Below, in pieces: positions 26,830 to 38,797 of a stretch of DNA of 64,000 nucleotides; positions within the stretch are counted from its first letter, which is position 1; the number at the start of each line of letters is the position of its first letter. The position numbers and the translations under genes were made by a program. The notes under the pieces are model-generated. The model was not told the DNA's origin and did no database searches. It saw only the letters and a program-made list of their open reading frames with translations. Source of the stretch: Lingula anatina (lineage: Eukaryota > Animalia > Brachiopoda); assembly GCA_051362555.1 (NCBI GenBank), contig CM120642.1, positions 9,176,001-9,240,000 on the forward strand, given 5' to 3'.

Positions 26830-28476
26830 TTGGGCTCTGCTCCCTTGATGACCATTTAAGAAAAACCATGTCACTTCAGAATCTCAGAATGGAAGAAATT
26901 GGACATTTAACACTGCTCTATTGATATTTTTCCCATCTCATCAATTTTCTTAGTTGATCATATAAAAAATGGCAGTACACTGTTAATTTTGTTTTATGTT
27001 AAAAATTGTTAAAAATGAAAAAAAAAACATTTCAGAACAGTGCTGTCTTGTTTACATTTTGGCAATTTCAAGTTGTGACTTAGAAGTTCCATGGGCCTGA
27101 AGACCTTTGCTAGTCACATTTTCTGAATATCCATGATACTAATATTTTATTATTAAAAATTAATGGACATTATGCTGTTAAACATTATGTAATATTGCAT
27201 CAAAATTTGAAAAAAAAACTATTTTGGGCACTGCTCCCATGATGACCATTTAAGAAAAACTATGCCACTTATTGTTCTCAAACAGTACAGTAAATATATA
27301 TAAATGTGTCTGTACATATTGCCATCACCCTCATCTGTCGTTGCCGACATCGCCGTTGCTGGCGCTACAAGCACTTTCATTGTAAACAGGATAAGTGGAA
27401 GGCAGTTTTACTTTTTGGCTTTATATTTACAGAGCTGATGAATATTCATAAAATGCAGGTCAAGTTTGAAAATCGGCATGATCGGGCCACCATTTTAGTA
27501 GTTATGCTTTTTTTTTCACTTTTCAGCATATATGCAACACTGTAAACACAATATAATAAAAACAGATGGGCCAATTGTCATTAAACTCACAGGAGTGGTC
27601 AATCCTGCTAAAACGCAGGTTGAGTTCAAAAATCAGCATAATCGGCCCATTATTTTAGAAGTTATGTTGTTTTTTCATATTTCCTCAGATTCAATTCTTA
27701 GGCATGTTAACAGTTTCATTATTTAATTAACAAGTTACGTAAAAGTGTTTCCTTAACATTTCCTGCATCTTTACAACATTGTTAGTTGATTTTGTAAAAA
27801 TGATGGTAAACTTGTTATCGTGTATTGTGTAAACAAGTTTCAAAAATGGAAATAAACTCATATCATTGCAGTTTGTCAGATTCAATCATTCACTATGTTC
27901 AGAATCTCAGAATGGAAGAAATTGGACATTTAACACTGCTCTATTGATATTTTTCCCATCTCATCAATTTTTTAAGTTGATCATATAAAAATGGCAGTAA
28001 ACTGTTAATTTTGTTTTATGTTAAAAATTGTTTAAAATGGAAAAAAAACATTTCATAACAGTGCCATCTTGTTTACATTTTGGCATTTTCAAGTTGTGAC
28101 TTTGAAGTTCCATGGGCCTGAAGACCTTTGCTAGTCACATTTTCTGAATATCCATGATACTAATATTTTATTATTAAAAATTGATGGTCATTATGCTGTT
28201 AACCATTATGTAATATTGCATCAGAATAGAAGAAAACACAATTTTGGGTGCTGCTAACATGATGACCATTATGGGAAAACCATGTTACTTATGATTGCCA
28301 AACTTTCAAAAAAGAAACACAGGACTAAAATGCAGCCGGAGTTGGAAAAGCAGTCTAATTGGCTTCTTTTTCTGGAAGTTATACATTTTCAAAGTGTGAA
28401 CTTGAACTCCCATGGGCCTGAGGCCTTATGCTTGTTACACATTTTACTTACATTGGTATTACCTGTTGAGCATAAT

Positions 28477-31470
28477 TGTACCACCAGCGTTTGGTTTTAG
28501 TCCCGTCCGGTGTCACGTGTACGGTCCGTTCTGCGTGAACCATCCGTCCTGACCGATTGTACACGCAGCAGACGCATGTATGAGCCGTTCTGTGAATGAT
28601 CCGTTGTTATTCACCTGTACAGTTATATTTGGCTAGTTCATTTCCTACCACATTATACATTTACTATGATGGGGATCAAATTCATGTGTTAATTGATAAT
28701 TTTGATAGAGAATCAGCGTCAAATTACAGCTCGACGCATGGATGAACCTACCGTGGACGGGCCGTCGTTATTCAGCTGCTGGCTACTATTTTAGTATTGA
28801 TTTTAGTATTGATTTTACTAGGCTAGTGTGTTGATATGGCCACCTGAGGGAAATCCCTGTAGAGGTGAACATCTTTAAGATATGAATACTTCTGAAGATT
28901 ATGTTTGAATTTGCAGTATGTCCTCAACAGTGCATGTTCATTAAAGGCTAAGAATGTATTGATGACTCTATAGAGACGGACTGTACACGCCGGAAGTCTC
29001 TCAGATTTGCCTGCGCTTTGTGCGCATGAGCAGAACGGATGATTCACGCCCCGAGCGGTACACGCCACACCGGTCCGTTCCGCCGGCTCCACCGCCATGT
29101 TACCGTTACCGCTTCTCCTCCTAGATGGTAAGGGCCTCCATACCCATCTCTTGGATTTAGGTCACCTATAATCTCAACTCGTTCCACGTAAAATTTGGGC
29201 TTTGTTGGTATTGGGGTCTAGGTGTGGCACACATTGCAATGCACCCTTGTCCAAAAATGGCAAAATTAAATGCTAATTATCTACCCTACGGAAGGAATTA
29301 TGGGAAAATTTTCTACTGACGGCTTTCCAAAAGTCATATGTGGAGATTTCAAATATGCCCTTGGATTTGACCTTTGACCTTTATTTTTTTGTATTCCATA
29401 CGGTTTTTGAGTTACGCTGTATCAAAAAGTACATATTGGTGGTGAAAGCAAAATGTGCAGTACGGTAATGGATAATAAATTTTGAACCCCGGAAAAATAA
29501 AACATAAGGCTTGGTGAGGCAGACAACTTGTGGTCAAAAATGACATTATTTTATCAAATTTGAACATCTGGAACTACAGAGCACCTCCCATTCCAAGAAT
29601 TTTGACCAAATTGACTTTATTTATTTATTTTAATTAATTTTTTCTGTTGGAAATTTATGGCACATTATTGTAACTCCAAAATTATAACATTTAGTCCCTT
29701 ATATCTCCAAAACTGGCAGAGATAGGTCCATAGTTACTATTGAAGTTGAATAGGAAGTCATACACTGGCAATCTAAATATGACCTTGAAATTGACCTTTG
29801 ACCTACTTTTCATCATGAATTGAACTTTGCAAATTTTGGTTCCCTTTTATCTCCAAAACTGGCAGAGATAGGTCCATGGTTACTATTGAACTTGAATAGG
29901 AAGTCATATACTGGCAATCTAAATGTGACCTTGAAATTAACCTTTGACCTACTTTTCATTATGAATTGAACTTTGCAAATTTTGGTTCCCTTTTATCTCC
30001 AAAACTGGCAGAGATAGGTCCAAAGTTACTATTGAACTTGAATAGGAAGTCATATACTGGCAATCTAAGTGTGACCTTGAAATTGACCTTTGACCTACTT
30101 TACACCATAAACTGAACTTTGCAACTTTTTAATGCTTTTATTTTCAAAACTGGCAAAGATACGCCCATAGTTACTATTGATTTTGAATAGAAAGTCATTA
30201 GAGACAATTTGCTGTGACCTTAAAATGGACCTTTGACCTACTTTTAACCATGAACTGAACTATGCAAATTTTGTTCCCTTTTATCTCCAAAACTAGGAGA
30301 GATAGGTCCATAGTTACTATTGAACTTGAATAGGAAGTCATATACTGGCAATCTAAATGTGACCTTGAAATTGACCTTTGACCTACTTTTCATCGTGAAT
30401 TGAACTTCGCAAATTTTGGTTCCCTTTTATCTGCAAGACTGGCAATGATATGTCCATAGTTATTATTGAATTTGAATATGAAGTCATTAAAGTCAATTTA
30501 CTGTGACCTTAAAATTGACCTTTGACCTACTTTTTACCATGAACTTAACATTGCAAATGTTGATTCCCTTTTATCTCCAAAACTGGCCAAAATAAGCCCA
30601 TAGTAATTATTGGATTTGAATAGAAGTCATATACTGGCAATCTAAGTGTGACCTTGAAATTGACCTTCGACCTACTTTTCATCATGAATTGAGGTTTACA
30701 AATTTTGGTTTCCTTTTATCTCCAAAACTGGCAGAGATAGGTCCATAATTATTATTGAACTTAAATAGGAAGTCATATACTTGCAATCTAAATGTGACCT
30801 TGAAATTGACCCATGACCTACTTTTCATCATGAATTGAGGTTTACAAATTTTGGTTCCCTTTTATCTCCAAAACTGGCAGAGATAGGTCCATAATTATTA
30901 TTGAACTTGAATAGGAAGTCATTAGAGGCAATTTACTGTGACCTTAAAATTGACCTTTTACCTACTTTTTATCATGAACTTAACTTTGCAAATTTTGGTT
31001 CCATTTTATCTCTAAAACTGGCAAAGATACGCCTATAGTTACTATTGAATTTGAATAGGAAGTCATATACTGGCAATCTAAGTGTGACCTTGAAATTGAC
31101 TTTTGACCCACTTTTTATCATGAATTGAAGTTAGCAAATTTTGGTTCCCTTTTATCTCCAAAACTGGCAGAGATTGGTCCATAGTTGCTATTGAACTTGA
31201 ATAGGAAGTCATATACTGGAAATTTACTGTGACCTTGAATTGACCTTTGACCTACCTTACTATGAACTGAACTTTGATTGTACCATTTTTAGTTATATAT
31301 TTTTTTGCATGTTTTGAGAATTCTTGTTGATTGCATTTTTTACAGCTTGTCAAGCACAAGACTGGTGGTAGTGTCCCTTATTTGTGTGTGTGTGGGGGTC
31401 TATACGATCGCGCTTACTCCAGCTGGTGGTACAATATTCAGAGGTGGTATCGCCTCTCTGATCCTCTAGT
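28477..31470 (+). mobile_element. HINE family A nested in B, with about 10-11 diverged satellite units and an internal deletion near 29385
   Basis: Both termini present. The empty site GAGCATAATTAGAATTTG is seen at ~1307-1323, so the insertion is at TT with no TSD. Confidence 0.88.
28511..29069. mobile_element. Ginger-like MITE (TGT..ACA termini, ~40-bp imperfect TIRs, 4-bp TSD CCGG) inside HINE A
   Basis: CCGG|TGTCACGTGTAC...GTACACGCCACA|CCGG. The other A copies have a single CCGG here. Confidence 0.72.
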
Positions 31471-31793
31471 TAAAATTTGATGTTGAATTTGCAGTTTAAC
31501 ATAATGTACTTTTGCATCAGAATTGACAGTAGCCTATTTTGTTATTTCCTGTTTTTTGTCTGTTCATTTGACAGCTTTGCTGCCTTGTTTAAATATAGTT
31601 ATTTGTGTAGTCTGTTACTTCAAGTTTTTAACCAAATATTTGAATTCTGTTTTCAGGGAAATGAAATGCAGATTTTTGTCTGCTGTTTGAATAGAAGAAT
31701 TGATTTTAAAAATCTCCAGCACACATTGTTTGAATTCATCTATTTTATTTACACCTACTGGTATCTTTGTCAATTTTCTGACTTTTCACTTAG

Positions 31794-31922
31794 ACGACCG
31801 CAGAACCCCAGGCTGTCTTTGAGATCAATGACACACTGAGCAAAGAAGTGCATATGAATTTAACTGAGGAGCAAAAAATCGCAATTGAAAAGCTTTTCAA
31901 GCAAAAAGGATGGTCAAGTCCG
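31794..31922 (+). CDS. Kinase gene exon, C-terminal tail (TTAEPQAVFEIND...KGWSSP)
   Basis: Long pyrimidine tract ending in cttag, and CCG|gtaatt donor. 43 open codons. Confidence 0.7.
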
Positions 31923-32282
31923 GTAATTCACCTTTTTAAATTATTTATGATAAGTAAATCGTGAAAATTTTGACATTTGACCACACAAAAAGATGTTGTT
32001 GTTTAAATGGGCAAAATCTGTCCACCCTGTGACTTTGAAATTCCCCCTCTATAATGCTATGCCTGTATCATCCTAGATCTATGTTAAAAAAAGAAATTTT
32101 GTTTACCATCCCTGTTTACAGAGAGTTGCCATTTGTTAACCAACTTATCAATTTTGTATGACCTTATGCTATATTAGCTACTACATATTTATCAGCAACT
32201 CATGTTTTATTTTAAAACTTCTGATAGGAAATGTAGAAAACATCTCAAATTACAGCTTCATTTTTTACTTTTTAATTTTCAG

Positions 32283-32345
32283 ATTAAATGTGAAGAATCA
32301 AGTGACCTGGAAAGAAGTTTTAAGAAGATGGATCTTTTGGAAACG
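32283..32345 (+). CDS. Kinase gene exon (IKCEESSDLERSFKKMDLLET)
   Basis: ttttcag acceptor and ACG|gtaaaa donor. Phase 0 at both ends. Confidence 0.65.
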
Positions 32346-32667
32346 GTAAAAGCCTTCAATTGTACTGCTTTAATTGATGGCAGCAGCCAGAATGAGATAT
32401 TTCTTCTCAGCTGGTGGTCCACATATAATCAAGTGTGATTATTGTGTAAACAGCATGTCTAAGCTCATTGACTTTAGGGGAAATTAATACACATTTGATA
32501 ATATATATTGATATGTTGTGAAAACAAAATTACTGAAAAAGAAACAGTTTTGGGTACTTGTCAGGCTAGAGCTCTCCCCCCCCCTCCCTGCACGCACGCG
32601 CGCGCACACACACACACACAGGTGCTTATATCTTATATTTGAAAATTAATATATGTTTGTATTCCAG

Positions 32668-32730
32668 GATGGAATAGAAGATACACAGTGTGACCTGACT
32701 GACCATAAGGCTGGCCACAGTACGGACTAG
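32668..32730 (+). CDS. Probable last coding exon of the kinase gene (DGIEDTQCDLTDHKAGHSTD*)
   Basis: attccag acceptor. In frame to TAG at 32728-32730. Confidence 0.6.
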   Translation, partial: DGIEDTQCDLTDHKAGHSTD

Positions 32731-33835
32731 AAACCTGCCTATAGGTCTTTAAGAATGACGTATCTGATGGGAAGACTTCATGAGTTAGAGCTCAGTCTGT
32801 CTCATTAAACTGCAGATATAACAAGGGGGGGGGGGGGGGAAGATAGTGTTCATATGGGTTACTTTGTAAATTAAGATAAAATTATACATGAATTTGATTT
32901 AGAGCATGTTGCAAAATAGCATTGACAATCTTTTATGCTTTTTATGTACAGACACAGATGTGTCTGTACATATAGCCATCACCTGCGTCTGTCGTCGCCG
33001 TCGTTGCCGTGCACTTTTAACGATAACACGATAAGTGGAAAACCATTTTACCTTTTGGCTTGAAACTTACAGAACTGATGAATATTCATAATATGCAGGT
33101 CAAGTTCGAAAATCAGCATGATCGGGCTATTAATATGGAAGTAATGCAGTTTTTTCACTTTTTTCAACATTTATGCAACACCGATAACACAATATTTGAA
33201 AAACCATTTTACCTTTTGGCTTGAAACTTACAGAACTGATAAATATTCTTAATACGCAGGTCAAGTTCGAAAATCAGCATGATCGGGCCATTTTCATGGA
33301 AGTCCGCTGTTTTTTCACTTTTTTCAGCATATATGCAACCCTGCTAACACGATAAGTGAAAAACGGCTTTACTTTTTGGCTTGAAACTTACAGAACTGAT
33401 GAATATCTATAATACGCAAGTCAAATTGGCATGATCAGAGCATTTTTATAAAAGTTTTGCTGTTTTTTCACTTTTTTTCAGCATATATGCAACACCTATA
33501 ACACATTTTAAGGAAAATCGATTGGCCAATCGTCTTGAAATTCACAGTAGTGATCAGTGTTACTGAAATACACATTAAGTTTTGAAAATAAGCTTGATCA
33601 GTAAAGGTATGGTGAAGTTATGCCTTTTTTTGTATATAAGTATTTTTTTCCTCAAATTTAATTCTCAGGCATGTTAACAGTCTCATTTTTTAACTAATTA
33701 GATATGTTAAGTTGTTCTTTTGACATTTTCTGCCTCTAAACAACATTGTTAGTTGATTATATAAAAATGATGGTAAACCTGATATTGTGTATGTGTAATA
33801 AGTGTCAAAAATGAAAAAAAAAAAACATATATTTA

Positions 33836-34165
33836 CAGTCAGAAAGGTTTCATTTATGCTAGATCCTGAAATTTGATTTACCTGTTGACTGTTTCGTCTG
33901 GGTGGGGTTGAGAATGTCGTCATACACATGGGACAGCTTGTGTGCTCCTTCATCTCGTATGGGGGGAGGGGGCGAGAGGGGCTAACAAGTCATCATCAAG
34001 ACTGAGATAATTACCTGTTCACCTTCACCTGAACAGGTAATTCAGTTGTGACCAAGTTTGTCAGAGTGAACAGACGAAACAGTCAACAGGTAAATCAAAT
34101 TTCAGGATCTAGCATAAATGAAACCTTTCTGACTATCAAAACTAAGATCCAATGAAACTAATTTC
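33836..34165. mobile_element. 330-bp insertion with a perfect 64-bp asymmetric inverted repeat and an 11-bp TSD (Penelope-like)
   Basis: 33837-33900 is the reverse complement of 34071-34134. ACATATATTTA occurs at 33825-33835 and 34166-34176. Confidence 0.65.
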
Positions 34166-35233
34166 ACATATATTTAGTTTGTCAGATTCAACCATTCACT
34201 ATGTTCAGAATATTAGAATGGAGCAAGTTGGACATTTATAATTGTTCTATTGATATTTTTGCTTTGACAACATATTCTTTGATTGATCATATAAAAATGA
34301 CAGTAAATTGATTATTTTGCTTTATGTAAAAAAGGTGTTGAAAATGGAAATAAACTCTTGTTTACATTTTGGGATTTTCAAAGTATGACTCTGAACTCTA
34401 TGGGCTAGTCACATTTTCTGAATATCCCTGATACTTTTATTTTATTATTAAAAAATTCATGGTTATTATGCTGTTAAGCATTGTGTAACATTGCATCAAA
34501 ATTGAACAAAACCCTTTTCTGGGCACTGCCTCCGTAGTGGCGGTGAAAGGAAAACCATGTCACTTGCTCTTCTCACACTTACAGGAATGAAACATAGGAC
34601 TGAAGTACAGCTTCAGTTGAAAAATTGTCTCATTACTTAATTGTTTGGAAGTAATACAGGTTTTTTGTGAAAATATTTATCTTTCACATGTTGCAATTTT
34701 CAATGTGGGACTTAGAGCTCCCTTGGGCATGAAGCCCAGTGGTAATCAGTTCTTATGTTCATGTTTTTAATAGTAGATATTTTAAAATTGGTGGTATTTA
34801 ATTAGTTAATCATTATGTAATGTTGCATCAAAATTCACAAAAAACCTTCTTTGTGCTCTGCCACCATTAATTAAAGTAAAGTGTTACTTTCTATTTTTTC
34901 TACTATTCTTACAAGAATGATTCTTAGGATTGACATATAGCTCATATTAGAGAACCAGCTCTATTGGATTATCATTTTTATTAAATTTATGAATTTTTTG
35001 TGAAATTTTCATTTTTCTCATTCTGGCACTTTCTAATTGTAAACTTGAACTCTGATGGGCCTGGAGCCTCATGTTTTTACTTTCATCAGAGTTACCTGTT
35101 GTGCATAATTAAAATTTGATGTTGACTGTGCAGTTAAACATAATGTATTATTGCATCAGAATTGGCAATCTCCTGTTTTATTTTGTGCATTATTGTTTTC
35201 TGCTTTTCTTAAGGTGTGACTTATGGGCCTGAA

Positions 35234-38200
35234 CACTCAAAGTCAATAAAACAGTGCAATTGCACTTTGAAAAATGTGCTCATATGACCAACCCCACATA
35301 ATGTTCATCTCTTAGGAAAACATAGTCCTATAGCTCGGGAACACTGCCCAGAAACAGTTTCAACATTACTCTTTCCGTATTTTAACAATCGAGCTTTAAA
35401 ATATGGCAGTTTTTTTGCTCTTTTTTCACAATGTAACATTCGTGACCATGTCAAGGCTGTCTCTATATAGTGGATAAATTATTTCTTCTTTTAGCTTAAC
35501 TCAAAAACTTCTTTTATTCTTGAAGCTTGTATATTTGTTTCACAAAACAAACCTTCAAATGAGCATGATATTTTATTTTTTTTCATTTATAACTCACAAC
35601 AATAATCAATGAAAAACAATAAACACGTAAAAATAGAAATTCAAACAAAGTGACTAGAATTAAATATCAATATCTTTAATGTATAATGTATTAACTTAAA
35701 AAAAACAATATTTGTTTTTCATACAAATATTTAAGAGAAATAAAATGATTTGATTTCACAAATTTACATTGTCTTCTTCATTTTTGGACAAAAAAATTAA
35801 AAGGTAGGAAAAGTAATGTATGTTTCATACATCAAGTAATAATGCCTCAATTTTACAGAATGGTTCAAGTAATTAAGTCTATCAAGTCATTGTTTTGCTT
35901 TACACTTATTGTTCATATTTAGATCAAAATACACCATTTTATATGTCAAATCACATTTTCTAACAATTCCTGGTGGTCTTATTTTTACTTTTTGAACATA
36001 AGTACACTATTTATGTTGAGTTATCCTTTTTATTATAATCACTGTGGAAGAAAAGAATAAACAAAAGTAATTTCACATTGTTAACAAACAAACCTGAGTT
36101 ACTCAGAACCTTTTAAACTGATATGGTGATCGTGATGCCTATAAAATCTCTCAATTATATACTAAGAAAGTCTGTAACGTATGTTACTTAATTTAGCAAT
36201 GGATCTTTTCTGCATTGAATTGCCAACATGAAAATGATGTCACAGGAAAACATGACGAATTTCAATTAAACACTCCATTGCTTAATGGAGGAAACATTAA
36301 ACATAACCATCAGAAAAACATCATAAAACCTGTTCCTTACTCACTTCATAAAAACCAAAGTTACGTATGTTACACATGATGAAATATGATGCTCAATTAT
36401 GCCTGAATTTACTTTCAACCAATTTCACATCCCGCTTACTGAATTTGAACATTCTTTTTGTTTTTTCCTTTTTTCTGGGCTGCATTATACTTTTGTCGTC
36501 GCGGACGTAAAATGCTGTTACCTCTCTCCTGAATTTGTATGCTGTTCGTTTTCTAATCTCTGCTGTGTCGATACCTTTACGTATTATATTAGATATTAGA
36601 TTTCTGTTAATCTTTGCTGACTTGCTAAAATGTGAAATACATCTGTACTTTTTTAACAGTTTTCCAGCAAAACTACCATACAATTGCCTCTTCTTTGCAT
36701 TGCTTGTTGTTACATGCTTGAATTTTGAAGCCTCAGCCGTGATGACGTTTGTTAGCAGTAGTTGTTTTCTAACTCTTTCGCCCCCAAAACCCTTTGATTT
36801 TGGAAAGAGTCTCTTCATATTACTTCTAGGTCTGTTTGGACATGCTGGTATATTCATCTTTCTTTTCATTCTCTGCATCTTCCTTTGAACGCATTTTACT
36901 TTCTTTTTTAGACCTTCATTTTCCTTTTTCAAAGATTTTAACTTGTCTCTGCTTTTTCTCAATGCTTTGCTTAGCCTCTTTCTGGGTCCATTTCTACGAT
37001 TCGGTAACCTTACTATGAGTCCAGTGCTATGGTCACTTTGCATTGTTTCATAACCACTGGTATCATTTGTGGACTCTACAGGGTTTGGAACGTCGATTGC
37101 AGCATTTTCAACATTTTTCTTCTGCCTGCACTTTCTTACCCACTCCTTTACTTCATCTCTTCTTTTTGACCTCTTTCTTTCTGTTAAAGTTCCTATTGGG
37201 ACATAATTTCTTTTTTGCCGTGCCCTCTCTTTGGCAAGGTATGTTTCCCTCTCATTTCTTTTCTTCCTCTCCCTATAATTCTTTTGGATTTCTGCTCTTG
37301 AAAGCGGCATCTTGACCTAAATTGATAGAAAAAGAGATTTGTAACATACGTTACCAGACCAACAGGAATGTATTTTGTACAATAAAACTAAGCCATATCT
37401 TACTTTTAGCTTATTTTTATTCATTTTTATGATAAGTATATGCAATCCATCCTTTTCTACCCAAATATCCAATATTTCAGGAAGAAAAAAAATACCGAAA
37501 AAAAATATTGTTCAATTAATATTATTCTTTATTGCATAAATTTTTCCCGTGCTTTCTCCCATTTAGTTCTTATAATTTTTCCTACTAATGGCCCGAGTTA
37601 AATTGATGAACTGACTCCCAATCTCAGATACTACAGGAATTCAAGGTTTCTTATCTTTTTATTGTTCAATATATACTAAGAAATCTAGCTATAACTAGAG
37701 TAACATACGTTACCAAAAGTAACGTATGTTACTTTCACTGAATGCCCTACAATTCCAAGAAGAAAAACATTTCAAGCTAATGAAATAAGTTTATGTCTTG
37801 CAAGCACTTCTCCAAACTAATCTACATATGAAATGTTTCTTTTCAGAAAGATTGATATAATATTTTTGAAACTCAAATAATAGTGGTACTTACCTTAGAA
37901 TATGGAAGAGTATTTCTCGGTTTTCCTTCTACGAAGGCATGTTGTATTTAGTGGCTGAGAAACAGCATGGCGTCTTCAACTCATGTGACTAATCATGTGA
38001 TCACAGATAAGGGGGGAAGGGTTTTACAAGGAATAATTTGAAAATGTAGGTAACGCATGTTACATCACGTATGTTACAAATCAGCTTTGACAATCAAATT
38101 ATGCCAAAATCTGAGACACTTTTTCTGACTTGTTGATATATTTTCTTCATTCATCAGCAAATATTGAAATTATGAAAGAAGCCAGCGTATACTGTAAGCA

Positions 38201-38797
38201 CTCAAATTATATGATAGGTAACGTATGTTACATCCTTAAATGACCAAACAATTTCAGGGTGAAAATCCTTTTTGTTTTCAGATAACCTTTATTGGAGTGA
38301 AAGTTTTGATTATTCCTATATATGATAACATTTCCTATTCATCATAAATAAATGTAGCTGCTTATAAATGTATCGTACGGCAATTTACTACTATGTTTTA
38401 AATATAGGGTATTGAAAATTAAAAAATTGGCGACATTTTTCTACCAAATAAAAGCAAAACTTAATATGCTTCGATGGAAAAACAAATTAGCATAAAAAGT
38501 TGGATATACATCACCTTTCAATATAATAAACAAATTACCAGGGTTTTCAGCCTTTATAACTCATTTTATATATGTTGAAGACAAAAAATTAAAAAAGCGT
38601 CAGTAACGTATGTTACAAAAACGGGGGTTTAAGCAGGTACATCGTGAAAATGACTTAACTAAACTCGACTTTTGCAATATGGCCAATAAGGTCAGAAATC
38701 TCACTAAGTCATAATATAGTGAAATGCCCCATATCTTGTGTCTTTTAAACGTGGGAAGGTGACACCCCCATTTGCACTGTTTTATTGACTTTGAGTG
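35234..38797 (-). mobile_element. 3.56-kb cut-and-paste DNA transposon with 26-bp perfect TIRs CACTCAAAGTCAATAAAACAGTGCAA and a 4-bp TSD TGAA
   Basis: TIRs at 35234-35259 and 38772-38797. TGAA on both sides. The empty site GGGCCTGAAGACCTTTG occurs elsewhere in family B. CAC..GTG with a 4-bp TSD suggests CMC/Chapaev-like, but the superfamily is not certain. Confidence 0.88.
36393..37310 (-). pseudogene. 305-aa basic, coiled-coil ORF inside the TIR element; probably the N-terminal part of a truncated transposase
   Basis: Longest ORF in the window, Lys/Arg-rich. Ends just after V.AFY.RDD.S...P.KK, a motif I associate with invertebrate DDE transposase N-termini. No catalytic domain is visible. 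Confidence 0.6.

Larger units (their letters stand above)
22949..27290 (+). mobile_element. HINE family B, outer copy, interrupted by another B and a LINE; 3' end lost
   Basis: 5' palindrome at 22950. The body resumes at ~24916 and again at ~26830. Confidence 0.75.
27304..31590 (+). mobile_element. HINE family B, short form, interrupted by an A copy
   Basis: Half of the 5' palindrome at 27304. Colinear with 1-1432 once 28477-31469 is removed. Confidence 0.82.

Noticed and set aside
31657-31760. Possible extra kinase exon after the tttcag at 31656
   Set aside because: The composition is T-rich and intron-like and the donor is weak. The exon chain is already phase-consistent without it.
35234-35275. 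CAC-starting TIR as a RAG/Transib RSS-like end
   Set aside because: The heptamer is CACTCAA rather than CACAGTG or CACTATG, the TSD is 4 bp rather than 5 bp, and the ORF shows no RAG1-like motifs.
36399-37315. Plus-strand ORFs overlapping the 305-aa ORF
   Set aside because: They are Phe/Leu-rich antisense shadows of a Lys/Arg-rich minus-strand frame.
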